Positions 9,446 through 17,879 of a stretch of DNA of 64,000 nt are shown here, in pieces. Made by a program: the position numbers and the translations under genes. The stretch covers positions 40 through 64,039 of the forward strand of contig JACRMU010000007.1 in NCBI GenBank assembly GCA_016219515.1, in the 5' to 3' direction. The notes below the pieces were generated by a model. That model saw only the letters and a list, made by a program, of their open reading frames with translations. It was not told where the DNA came from and made no database searches. The DNA is from Deltaproteobacteria bacterium. GTDB taxonomy: Bacteria > Desulfobacterota > Deferrimicrobia > Deferrimicrobiales > Deferrimicrobiaceae. Every line of letters begins with the position of its first letter. The first letter of the stretch is position 1.

Positions 9446-10555
9446 ATGCCGAGCATCTATATCGACGGGATGTTCTTCCGTTCCTCCGGGATCGGGCGGT
9501 GTTACGAAAATCTGCTGAGGGCGCTGGACGGGTCGGAAGACGTGTCCCGGGTCTGCACGATCGTCCCAAGGGCCCGGGAGGCGGAATTCCGGCGATCGTT
9601 TTCCTCCGGCAAGATCGACGCCCGGTTCGTCGGCTTCTCCTACCTCGGATTGTCCGATTTTCTGCGAAAGGGATTCCTCATCCGCGCCTTCCGTCCCGCT
9701 CCGGAACTTTTCTACTTTCCCAACATCAACGTGCCGTTTTTCTGGAACGGCAGGACCGTTTCCCAGCTGCACGATCTCATTCCGCTCACCCGTTTTACGG
9801 ATTGGCCGCGGAGGCACAGGCTTGCATTCCGCCACCTGGCGGGGCGTGCGCTTCGCAAGTCGAGAATGACGGTTTGCGTATCGGAGTTCGCAAAGGGACA
9901 GGTGATGGAGGAATACCGGGTCTCCGGAGACCGGTTGCGGGTGATCCATAACTGGATCGATGACGGATTTCTGCAGGCGGCCGCACGGGCGGGTTCGGAG
10001 AAGCCCCTCGTGGAGGGGGATTATCTCCTCTACGTGGGGAACCGGTCGTCGCACAAGAACCTCAAGACGCTGATGGATGCGTTCCGGCTCCTCTCGCCCG
10101 TTTTCCCCGGCCTGAAGGTTGTCGTCGTCGGCGCCAGGATGCGGCCGCAGGACGATGTGGATGCGGCGGCTTCCGATCCGGGATTGGCGGGACGCGTTGT
10201 GCAGGTCCCCCGGGCATTGGATGAGCGGCTCCGGAATTACTACGCCTTTGCCCGCGCGTTCGCGTTCCCGACGTTCGTCGAGGGGTTCGGAATTCCCCCT
10301 CTCGAGGCGCTTGCGTTCGGCGTTCCTGCCGTCTGCTCGGACATCCCCGCGATCCGGGAGATCTGCGGAGACGCGGTCCGTTACGCGGATCCCTTCGACC
10401 CGGGTTCCTTCGCCCGCGAGATCCATTCCGCGCTCTCGGACCCGGAATCGAACGCGGTCTTCAGGGAAAAAGGCCTGAACCGACTTCTGCTGTACCGCAG
10501 GGAAAGGGCGCTCTCCCGGTTCCTGGAACTTTTCCGGAGCTGCCTGGAGAGCTGA
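9446..10555 (+). CDS. Glycosyltransferase family 4
   Basis: ...YLLYVGNRSSHKNL...EGFGIPPLEALAFGVPAVCSD... Confidence 0.85.
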   Translation: MPSIYIDGMFFRSSGIGRCYENLLRALDGSEDVSRVCTIVPRAREAEFRRSFSSGKIDARFVGFSYLGLSDFLRKGFLIRAFRPAPELFYFPNINVPFFWNGRTVSQLHDLIPLTRFTDWPRRHRLAFRHLAGRALRKSRMTVCVSEFAKGQVMEEYRVSGDRLRVIHNWIDDGFLQAAARAGSEKPLVEGDYLLYVGNRSSHKNLKTLMDAFRLLSPVFPGLKVVVVGARMRPQDDVDAAASDPGLAGRVVQVPRALDERLRNYYAFARAFAFPTFVEGFGIPPLEALAFGVPAVCSDIPAIREICGDAVRYADPFDPGSFAREIHSALSDPESNAVFREKGLNRLLLYRRERALSRFLELFRSCLES

Positions 10556-10625
10556 GGAGAAGGGAAGGCGCGGCCATGATATCATCTGCCGGGCAGGGAA
10601 TCGTTTTCATCATGGGAATCGAACG

Positions 10626-11732
10626 TTGAATATCTACGTGGACGGAATGTCGTTTCTCGAATCCGGGATCGGGCGCGTCTATGCCAACGTGCTTCGCGCG
10701 CTGCTCGATGCGGACGGGGTGGAACGGATCAGCACCGTCGTGCCGGTTTCCAGGGAGCGGGAATTTCGCGGGATGTTTTCGTCTCCCCGGCTGGAGGCGC
10801 GGTTTGTTCCGTACGGCCAGGGGAGTTGGAAGGAATTTTTCGTCAAGGGAAGGACGATCGGGGGGATTCACCCCAAGCCCGACCTGTATTATTTCCCCAA
10901 TTTCTATGTCCCGTTCTTTTTCAGGGGGAAGTTCCTGGCGACGATCCACGACCTGATCCCCATCTATCCCCTCTACGACATCCCGGAATGGAAGAAAGCG
11001 GCGGTTCGTTTCCTCATGCGGCGGAGCCTTCGGAACGCCGCCGGCTGTGTCTGCGTTTCCCGGTTCACGCGGGATGAAGTGGTGCGCATGTTCCGCAGCG
11101 ACGGGAAGAAACTGACGGTCATCCACAACTGGATCGACGACGGTTATTTGGAGTTGGCGGGCGTTTCGGCGGAGGACGAGGCTCCGGCGGTGGAAGGGGA
11201 TTACCTTCTGTTCGTCGGGAACCGTTTCGTTCACAAGAATCTCGGAACGCTCGTCCGGGCGTTTTCGCTCCTCCGTTCCGATTTTCCCCGCCTGAAGCTG
11301 GTGGTCGCCGGAGCAAGAGTGAGGAAGGTGGACGATATCGATACTGCGGTCAAGGACCTTGGCCTGGAAGAGAAGGTGGTGGAGATGATCCGCCCCGGAG
11401 ATGCCGTCGTAAGGAACCTTTACCGTCATGCGAAAGCGTTCGTTTTCCCTTCCCTCGTCGAGGGATTCGGCTTCCCTCCGCTGGAAGCGATGGCGTTCGG
11501 AGTGCCGGTGGTGTGTTCGGATATCCCGGTGATCCGGGAGGTGTGCGGAGATGCGGTCCGCTATGCAGCCCCTTCCGACCCGGCCGCTTTTGCCGATCAG
11601 ATCCGGAACGTTTTCTCGGAGAGGGAGCCCCGGCAGGCGATCCTGAGAGGGAAAGAACGCGTCAAAACGTTTCGAAGGGAAACCGCCATGAAGCGGTATC
11701 TGGATCTTTTCCGCGCCTGCCTCGAAAACTGA
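10626..11732 (+). CDS. Glycosyltransferase family 4 (tandem paralog of 9446..10555)
   Basis: Collinear similarity to the preceding GT4 (MNIYVDGMSFLESGIGRVYANVLRAL... vs MPSIYIDGMFFRSSGIGRCYENLLRAL...) and the EGFGFPPLEAMAFGVPVVCSD motif. Confidence 0.85.
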   Translation: MNIYVDGMSFLESGIGRVYANVLRALLDADGVERISTVVPVSREREFRGMFSSPRLEARFVPYGQGSWKEFFVKGRTIGGIHPKPDLYYFPNFYVPFFFRGKFLATIHDLIPIYPLYDIPEWKKAAVRFLMRRSLRNAAGCVCVSRFTRDEVVRMFRSDGKKLTVIHNWIDDGYLELAGVSAEDEAPAVEGDYLLFVGNRFVHKNLGTLVRAFSLLRSDFPRLKLVVAGARVRKVDDIDTAVKDLGLEEKVVEMIRPGDAVVRNLYRHAKAFVFPSLVEGFGFPPLEAMAFGVPVVCSDIPVIREVCGDAVRYAAPSDPAAFADQIRNVFSEREPRQAILRGKERVKTFRRETAMKRYLDLFRACLEN

Positions 11733-11774
11733 TGCCGGGTCCCGCCGGCCGCCCGGAACGGGAAACCGAGGCCG

Positions 11775-12350
11775 TTACTTCAGCGCCTTCTCGATCTCTT
11801 TCTTAAGCTTGTCGGCCGTCACCGCGCCGACCACGCTGAAGGAGATGACCCCTTTCCTGTCGACGAGAAAGAGGGCGGGCGTCCCCGCGACCCCGTAGGG
11901 ATCGGCCACCGTGAACGAATCGCCCGCGAGCTCGTCGAACACGATGCGGAATTGAATCTTCTCGTTGGCCACGAATTTTTCGATCGCCTTCTTCATCTCC
12001 TTGCCGTCGAGGTTGACGCCGATGACGTGCAGTCCCCTGCCCTGGTAAAGCTTCGCCATCTGGTTGATCATCGGCATTTCCTCGCGGCAGGGACCGCAGA
12101 AGAAGGACCAGAAGAAGAGCAGCACCGGGTCCCTTCCGCAGCAGTCCTTGAGGCGGAATTCCTTGTCGGAAAGGTCGCGGACGACGAACCCGGGCGCCGG
12201 CGTCCCCCGGGGGAGCATCTCGATCCCCTTGACCGTGGGAATCTTGGTGTAGGAACCGGATTTGCTTTCCTGTGCGATCGCGGGGAAGGCGACAAGGACC
12301 AGCAGGAGGGAAAGGACTGCCGGAACGGCAAGGGATCTCTTCATCGCCAT
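11775..12350 (-). CDS. TlpA-family thiol:disulfide oxidoreductase
   Basis: Signal peptide and FWSFFCGPCREEMP CxxC motif. Confidence 0.8.
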   Translation of the reverse strand: MAMKRSLAVPAVLSLLLVLVAFPAIAQESKSGSYTKIPTVKGIEMLPRGTPAPGFVVRDLSDKEFRLKDCCGRDPVLLFFWSFFCGPCREEMPMINQMAKLYQGRGLHVIGVNLDGKEMKKAIEKFVANEKIQFRIVFDELAGDSFTVADPYGVAGTPALFLVDRKGVISFSVVGAVTADKLKKEIEKALK

Positions 12351-12361
12351 GGTGTCCTCGC

Positions 12362-12907
12362 TTACTTTTTGATTTCCTTCACTGCCTGGGCGACGACGTT
12401 GCGCAGGGACTTTTCGTCTCCCTTTTTGTAGCCCACGTGGTAGAAACGGACCTTTCCGCTCGCGTCGATGAGGAGCGTCGTCGGGAGGACCATCGCGTTG
12501 AACGACTGGGCGACCTGCCGGTTCTTGTCGATGATGACGGGGAAATTGATCTTCGTCTCCATGCCGTCCAGGAACTTCACGACGCGGTGGGTCCCGAACG
12601 AGTCCAGGTTGACCCCGATGACCAGCAGACCCCTTTCCCTGAACTCGTTGTAGATTTCGATCAGCTTCGGCATCTCTTCGATGCAGGAGGCGCAGTAGAT
12701 GGACCAGAAGTCCAGGATGATGACCTTTTTCCCCTTCAGCTTGGCGTAGTCGATCTGCTGGTTGTCGACCGTCTGGCCGGTAAACGAAGGGGCCATGTCC
12801 CCCTCCTTGATCCCCCCCTTCCCTCCGAAAAACGCTCCTGCCGGACCGACGGCCAGCAGGATCGCCAGCGCGGCAATCGCCAACCGGATCGGGAGTCTGG
12901 GATTCAT
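12362..12907 (-). CDS. TlpA-family thiol:disulfide oxidoreductase
   Basis: Start taken at the internal Met (MNPRLPIRLAIAALAILLAVGPAGA signal). FWSIYCASCIEEMP CxxC motif. The longer ORF starting at 13027 adds a non-signal-like extension. Confidence 0.75.
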   Translation of the reverse strand: MNPRLPIRLAIAALAILLAVGPAGAFFGGKGGIKEGDMAPSFTGQTVDNQQIDYAKLKGKKVIILDFWSIYCASCIEEMPKLIEIYNEFRERGLLVIGVNLDSFGTHRVVKFLDGMETKINFPVIIDKNRQVAQSFNAMVLPTTLLIDASGKVRFYHVGYKKGDEKSLRNVVAQAVKEIKK

Positions 12908-13073
12908 TTTGCGGGGTCCTCCGAACTGATTTTTCTGTTTATAGCATAGCGGTCGCGTAAAATGAAACAGGAAACGCCCGCCCGGGTCCGGAGCCGGGCG
13001 GCCGGCTTGAGAATATTTCTCCGGCAATGCAACCTATCGGCAAATTACGGTTATCTTATTAGGAAAAGTTTTC

Positions 13074-13110
13074 TGCGCCCAAGGCGCATTCCGGAAAATG
13101 CGCAAAGCGC
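13074..13110. promoter_or_regulatory. Operator-like inverted repeats in the divergent intergenic region (TGCGCC-CAA-GGCGCA, TTCCGGAA, TGCGCA-AA-GCGCC)
   Basis: Perfect 6-bp inverted repeat with a 3-bp spacer at 13074..13088, an 8-bp palindrome at 13089..13096, and a second TGCGC/GCGC half-site pair at 13099..13110. The sites lie between a minus-strand TlpA gene and a plus-strand NapH-like gene. Confidence 0.3.
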
Positions 13111-13190
13111 CGGCCTGCTCCGCCGCGTACAAAGCCGCTTCCTCAGAATGTCCTGCGGGCGACGTTTCCCGGTGATAATCTATACGGGTA

Positions 13191-14735
13191 ATGTCCATGC
13201 GCACTTTTCGACGCATTTCCCAGTGGGCGGTATTCCTGGTCTTCGTGTTCCTTTTCCTGAACACGGAATACAAGGACAACGACGTTCTCCCGTATGCGGT
13301 CAACGTATTCCTGCGGCTGGACCCCCTCGTTGCGGCGGCTGCGGCGATTTCCGGGAGGGCCCTCATAAGTCTCGTGTGGCCCGCGCTGGTCGTCGCGGGG
13401 CTCACGATCCTCCTGGGCCGCTTCTTCTGCGGATGGGCATGCCCGATGGGTTCCCTGCTGGACGCCGTCGATGCGACTCTCTTCGCGCGCTGGAGGCGAA
13501 AGTTCGCGGTTCCCCCTTCCTGGCGGCGATGGAAATATCTGATCCTCGTTTTTCTCGCGGGATCGGCGCTGTTCACGCTCCAGTGGGTTTTCCTCTTCGA
13601 TCCGATCAGCATCCTCATCCGCTCGTTCGCGGTTTCCCTGTTCCCGGTCCTGAACCGGATCGTGCACGACACGTTCGGGGCCCTCTATGGGACCCATGCC
13701 GGCCCGGTGACCCGTCTCTCCGAGCCGGCATACGATTTTCTCCGGGCCCACTTCCTCGCCTTCGAGCAGCCGATGTTCCGGGCATCGGCTCCGGTCGGAC
13801 TTCTCTTTCTCGCGATCCTGGCGGCCGAGTACTATCAGAAACGGTTCTGGTGCAGGAACCTCTGTCCCCTGGGGGCGTTCCTGGCGCTTCTCGGAAGGTT
13901 CGGCCTTTTCCGGAGACGGGTGATGGAGGATGGCTGCACACGGTGCGACCTGTGCGAGAAGAGCTGCCGGATGGGGGCCATCCGCGATGACGTCGAGACG
14001 TTCCACGGCGAATGCGTCGGATGCATGGATTGCCAGGCAATCTGCCCGGAAGAGGTCATCCGGTTCTCCGGCAAGGAGGGGCGGCGGGAGGCCGCCGTGG
14101 ACCTTTCCCGCAGGGGCGTCCTCGCGTCGGCGGCCCTCGGCGTGGCGACCGTGCCGTTCTTCCGCGTGGAGGCGCATCGGAAAGCCGCCGATCCGGGCGT
14201 GATCCGGCCCCCGGGCGCGCTGGCCGAGGACGAGTTCCTCTCCCGCTGCACGCGGTGCGGCGAGTGCATGAGGGTGTGCATCGCGAACGGGCTCCAGCCC
14301 ACGTGGTTCGAGGCGGGGCTGGAGGGGATGTGGAGCCCCGTCCTGGTTCCACGGATCGGGTATTGCGAATACAACTGCACGCTCTGCGGGCAGGTGTGCC
14401 CCACCGGCGCGATCCGCCGGCTCCCCCTCCCGGAAAAGAAAAAGGTGAAGATCGGCCTTGCGGAGATCGACCGGAGCCGCTGCCTGCCGTGGAAGGGGCA
14501 GTCCGACTGCATCGTCTGCGAAGAGCACTGCCCGACGGCGAACAAGGCCATCCTCATGAAGGAGGAAAAGGGGATGACGATCGCCGGCGAGGCGAGGGTC
14601 TTCAAAAGACCCTACGTCGACGAGGAGCTGTGCATCGGGTGCGGGATCTGCGAGACGAAGTGCCCGTTGACCGACCGTGGCGCCGTCTACGTGACCTCCC
14701 GGGGCGAGTCGAGGGCGGTAGCCAGGGTATCGTGA
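13191..14735 (+). CDS. NapH/MauN-family membrane-bound polyferredoxin (4Fe-4S)
   Basis: N-terminal TM helices with FFCGWACPMGSL and CRNLCPLGAF motifs, followed by about six CxxCxxCxxxCP ferredoxin motifs. Confidence 0.8.
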   Translation: MSMRTFRRISQWAVFLVFVFLFLNTEYKDNDVLPYAVNVFLRLDPLVAAAAAISGRALISLVWPALVVAGLTILLGRFFCGWACPMGSLLDAVDATLFARWRRKFAVPPSWRRWKYLILVFLAGSALFTLQWVFLFDPISILIRSFAVSLFPVLNRIVHDTFGALYGTHAGPVTRLSEPAYDFLRAHFLAFEQPMFRASAPVGLLFLAILAAEYYQKRFWCRNLCPLGAFLALLGRFGLFRRRVMEDGCTRCDLCEKSCRMGAIRDDVETFHGECVGCMDCQAICPEEVIRFSGKEGRREAAVDLSRRGVLASAALGVATVPFFRVEAHRKAADPGVIRPPGALAEDEFLSRCTRCGECMRVCIANGLQPTWFEAGLEGMWSPVLVPRIGYCEYNCTLCGQVCPTGAIRRLPLPEKKKVKIGLAEIDRSRCLPWKGQSDCIVCEEHCPTANKAILMKEEKGMTIAGEARVFKRPYVDEELCIGCGICETKCPLTDRGAVYVTSRGESRAVARVS

Positions 14736-14831
14736 ACGTGCACAAGATCCTGTTGCAACCAACGCGGATCGTTCCGGCGGATTTTCCGTGAGGATCGCCC
14801 GCACCATTATTCTTTCCGGACGGGAGGAAAA

Positions 14832-15797
14832 GTGACAAGGGCCAGGTGTCTTTGGAGCCGGAGGAAGTTCCTGCGGCTGATGGGAGGGGCGGCGGGAATG
14901 CTGGCCGCCGGGGGCGCCGGATTGACCGAGGGAGGCCACGCCGTGCCGGAAGCCGCCGCCGCGCCGGGAGCCGGCGTGAAGGTGGCGGTGGCGTCGGGAG
15001 CGGCCCCTTCGGAAAACGTCGCCAGGGCGGTGGCGGCGCTCGGCGGCATCAAGGCGTTCGTCTCCCGCGGAGACGTGGTCGTCCTCAAGCCGAACATCGG
15101 GTGGGACAGGACGCCGGAACAGGCGGCAAACACGAACCCGGAGGTGGTCGTCGCCCTGGCGGAGATGTGCCTCTCCGCGGGGGCGAAGGAAGTGCGCGTG
15201 TTCGACCGCACCTGCAACGACCCCAGGCGCTGCTATGTGAACAGCGGCATCCAGGCCGCCGTGGAGGCGTTCGCGAAAAAACGCGGCGCGTCCGGCGTGG
15301 TGCGGGTCTACCACGTCGAGGACCGGAAGTTCCGGAGGACCGCGATCCCGGGCGCGTTCGCCTTGAAGGAGTGGGACCTCTACAGGGATGCGCTGGAAGC
15401 GGACAAGATCGTCAACGTCCCCGTGGCCAAGCACCATACGCTGGCCACCGCGACCCTCGGCTTGAAGAACATGATGGGAATCATGGGCGGGAACCGGGGA
15501 CAGATCCACTACAACCTCTCGGATTGCCTCGTGGACATCCACCGCCGCCTGCCCACGAGCCTGACGGTCATCGACGCAACGCGCGTGCTGCTCCGCAACG
15601 GCCCGTCGGGGGGGAACCTCGCCGACGTCCGCGCGCTGGGCAAGGTGTTCGCCTCCCCGGACGTCGTGGCGGCCGACGTCGTCGCGGCGGAAAGGGTCTT
15701 CGGATGGAAGCCGAGCGACGTGGCGCACATCCGGAAGGCGCTCGACGCGAAACTCGGCGTCTCTTCTCCCGCGCAGATCCGCGTGGTCGAGGCGTGA
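14832..15797 (+). CDS. Tat-signal DUF362-domain protein
   Basis: Twin-arginine motif SRRKFLRLMGGAAGMLAAGGAG. Contains the ...VVLKPNIGW... core typical of DUF362. Confidence 0.55.
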   Translation: MTRARCLWSRRKFLRLMGGAAGMLAAGGAGLTEGGHAVPEAAAAPGAGVKVAVASGAAPSENVARAVAALGGIKAFVSRGDVVVLKPNIGWDRTPEQAANTNPEVVVALAEMCLSAGAKEVRVFDRTCNDPRRCYVNSGIQAAVEAFAKKRGASGVVRVYHVEDRKFRRTAIPGAFALKEWDLYRDALEADKIVNVPVAKHHTLATATLGLKNMMGIMGGNRGQIHYNLSDCLVDIHRRLPTSLTVIDATRVLLRNGPSGGNLADVRALGKVFASPDVVAADVVAAERVFGWKPSDVAHIRKALDAKLGVSSPAQIRVVEA

Positions 15798-15833
15798 GCC
15801 TGATGTTCGAATACGCGAAGCGAAGGGGGAGAG

Positions 15834-16184
15834 ATGATCCCTAAGCGAAACCCGGAAATCGTATGGCGGCTGGAAAAGGGGATTCACGAGATGGCGTGGG
15901 ATAAGGCGCGCAAGGATGAGGACTTCGAGGATATGGGCGTCCTCACGCTCATGATCAAGGGGGCGATCCACCAGTTGAACCTGGTCGGCGCGGAAATCTG
16001 GATGCGGATCAACGGCGTCAACTCGCTGAAAAAAATCTCCGGGGACATCGCCTCCCTGTTCGGCTGGGAGAAGGAGGAGACGGAGGAAGCCGTCCTGGGG
16101 TTCCTGAAGGGGATCGAGGAGCGCGGCTGGGTGACCCTCTCCGGGAAGGGCGGCCCGGCCCCGCCGAAGTGGAAGGCGCATTGA
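15834..16184 (+). CDS. PqqD-family peptide chaperone (RiPP recognition element-like)
   Basis: ...IHQLNLVGAEIWMRINGVNSLKKISGDIASLFGWEKEETEEAVLGFLKGIEERGWV... matches the PqqD consensus (hxLNxtaaxIWxxidGxxsxxeI...dvxxFlxxLxexGlv). Confidence 0.65.
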   Translation: MIPKRNPEIVWRLEKGIHEMAWDKARKDEDFEDMGVLTLMIKGAIHQLNLVGAEIWMRINGVNSLKKISGDIASLFGWEKEETEEAVLGFLKGIEERGWVTLSGKGGPAPPKWKAH

Positions 16185-16296
16185 TGCGTTCACGTCTCTC
16201 CTCTCCGGAACTCCCGCGGGAAAAATCGGGGGCACGTCCTTCCGTCCGTGTTTTCCGGTTACAATAAAAGAACTTCACGTCAAGCAAGGAGAGCGC

Positions 16297-17208
16297 GTGG
16301 AATATTCCCTGCCGATACGCGTGCGATGGGACGTCGACTTCCAGGGGCGGTCCGGCCGCGCGAAGCGGATCGCCCGCCAGATCCGGGAGGCGTCCCCGTT
16401 GCATGTCGAGCTCCGGATCGAGGGAGGAAAGGGGATTTCCGAGCTTCCTGCGATCTTTGCCGAAATCCACAAGTGCAGCCCGCGGATCGAGACCACTGTG
16501 CCCCTCTCCCCGGCAGCCGTCGCGGTTGCGCGGAGGGGATATCCCCAAATGGATTTCCTCTGGGAGGTGAGCGCCCGCGAGCCGTTCCGAAGGCTCCTCC
16601 CCTCGGGGGCGGATGCGATCTCCTTCGTTCCCGACGAGGAGAACCTGGCGTACCTTCCCGACGTTTTGGAGGAGTTCGCGGACAGCGAAACACGGACGCT
16701 GCACCTGCCGAACGTCAACGCCGTCCGCGCGCTTGCATTGAAGGGGCACGTCCCCATCCCCATGCCCGACCGGCTCCGCGAGGCGGGGCACAGGATATCG
16801 GCGCTTCGGATCCGCCTGGAGGGCAAGAAGCTGGTCGCGCACGATTATTTCCTCTGGAGGATCCTGCGGGGCGCGTTCCCGGACGAAGTGGCGGGAAGGG
16901 TCGAGTTTTCCGGATGCCAGGCGGCCTCCGCGCTTGCGCATGTCGACTGGGAAGGGAACGTCTACCCCTGCGATTCCCTCCCCATCCGCCTGGGGAACCT
17001 CCAGGAGGCGACGTTCGAAAAGATCTGGAACGCCCCGGCGAGATCGCGGATCCACGAGGCGATCCGCTCCGTGCCGACCTCCTGCAAGCCGTGCGAACAG
17101 AGGGAGGGTTGCCTTTCCGGTTGCCGGGGGCATGCGTACGCCGCCTCCGGCACGATGGACGCTCCCGACCCCTCCTGCCCGGAGAAGCCCGTCCCCGCGT
17201 CGAAGTAA
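16297..17208 (+). CDS. SPASM-domain protein lacking the canonical radical-SAM CX3CX2C motif (pseudo-rSAM-like maturase or partner)
   Basis: C-terminal ...SGCQAASALAHVDWEGNVYPCDSLPIRLGNLQEATFEKIWNAPARSRIHEAIRSVPTSCKPCEQREGCLSGCRGHAY... is a textbook SPASM/twitch region. The N-terminal 200 aa has a single Cys and no CxxxCxxC. Confidence 0.6.
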   Translation: MEYSLPIRVRWDVDFQGRSGRAKRIARQIREASPLHVELRIEGGKGISELPAIFAEIHKCSPRIETTVPLSPAAVAVARRGYPQMDFLWEVSAREPFRRLLPSGADAISFVPDEENLAYLPDVLEEFADSETRTLHLPNVNAVRALALKGHVPIPMPDRLREAGHRISALRIRLEGKKLVAHDYFLWRILRGAFPDEVAGRVEFSGCQAASALAHVDWEGNVYPCDSLPIRLGNLQEATFEKIWNAPARSRIHEAIRSVPTSCKPCEQREGCLSGCRGHAYAASGTMDAPDPSCPEKPVPASK

Positions 17209-17248
17209 ATCCTCCCCCCGGCAAAAGGGATATGTTGTAATTTGCGGG

Positions 17249-17821
17249 ATGGCCTTCGACGACGATTCCAGGCTCGCCCGCAGGGCCCAGAAGGGGGATC
17301 GCCAGGCGTTCGAGGCGCTCCTCGATAGGTACGAGCGTCCCATCTATTCCTTCATCTACCATTTTTTCCAGGACCGCGCGCTCTGCGAGGACCTGACGCA
17401 GGAGACCTTCCTCCGCGCGTACCGGTTCATCGGGTCGTTCCGTCCCGGTGAGAAGATGTCCACCTGGCTTTACTCGATTGCCAAGAACCTCTGCATCGAC
17501 GAACTGCGGCGCAGGAAGAAGGGTACGGCCGTGGACATCGACGCGGTCGATCCCGATCTCCTCGTCGCGGAGGGGAGGGACGGCGGCAATCCCCTGGTTG
17601 CCGCCATCGATCAAGAGCAGGGAGAGATCCTCCGCAAGCTCCTCCTTCGGGTCCCGGAGAAGTACCGTATGAGCATCATCCTGTTTTATTTCAATGAGCT
17701 GAGCTACGAAGAGATTTCCGCGATCATGGAAATATCCTTAAGCAACACGAAGATACTCCTGTTCCGCGGGAAAAGGATGCTGGTGGAACTGTATCGGAAG
17801 GAAACCGGCGGGAAAGTGTAA
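17249..17821 (+). CDS. RNA polymerase sigma-70 factor, ECF subfamily
   Basis: Region 2 (...ALLDRYERPIYSFIYHFFQDRALCEDLTQETFLRAYR...) and region 4 (...ELSYEEISAIMEISLSNTKILLFRGKRML...). Confidence 0.85.
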   Translation: MAFDDDSRLARRAQKGDRQAFEALLDRYERPIYSFIYHFFQDRALCEDLTQETFLRAYRFIGSFRPGEKMSTWLYSIAKNLCIDELRRRKKGTAVDIDAVDPDLLVAEGRDGGNPLVAAIDQEQGEILRKLLLRVPEKYRMSIILFYFNELSYEEISAIMEISLSNTKILLFRGKRMLVELYRKETGGKV

Positions 17822-17879
17822 CAACCCGCCGTATTTCCTTGTACTAAAAGGGAGAATCGGCAGGACGGGGGGGAAAGCC

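Noticed and set aside
11732-11775. Possible bidirectional terminator between convergent GT4 and TlpA genes
   Set aside because: The GC-rich segment (GGTCCCGCCGGCCGCCCGGAACGGGAAACC) does not form a clean stem-loop and has no flanking T or A tracts.
16184-16267. 27-codon ORF (MRSRLSSPELPREKSGARPSVRVFRLQ) between the PqqD-like and SPASM genes, considered as a possible RiPP precursor
   Set aside because: It has no Cys or other modifiable core. Its codon usage (cgt, tca, tct, tta) is atypical for this genome. The region looks like an RBS/promoter spacer (…AAGGAGAGCGCGTG start of the next gene). It is kept only as a remote possibility.
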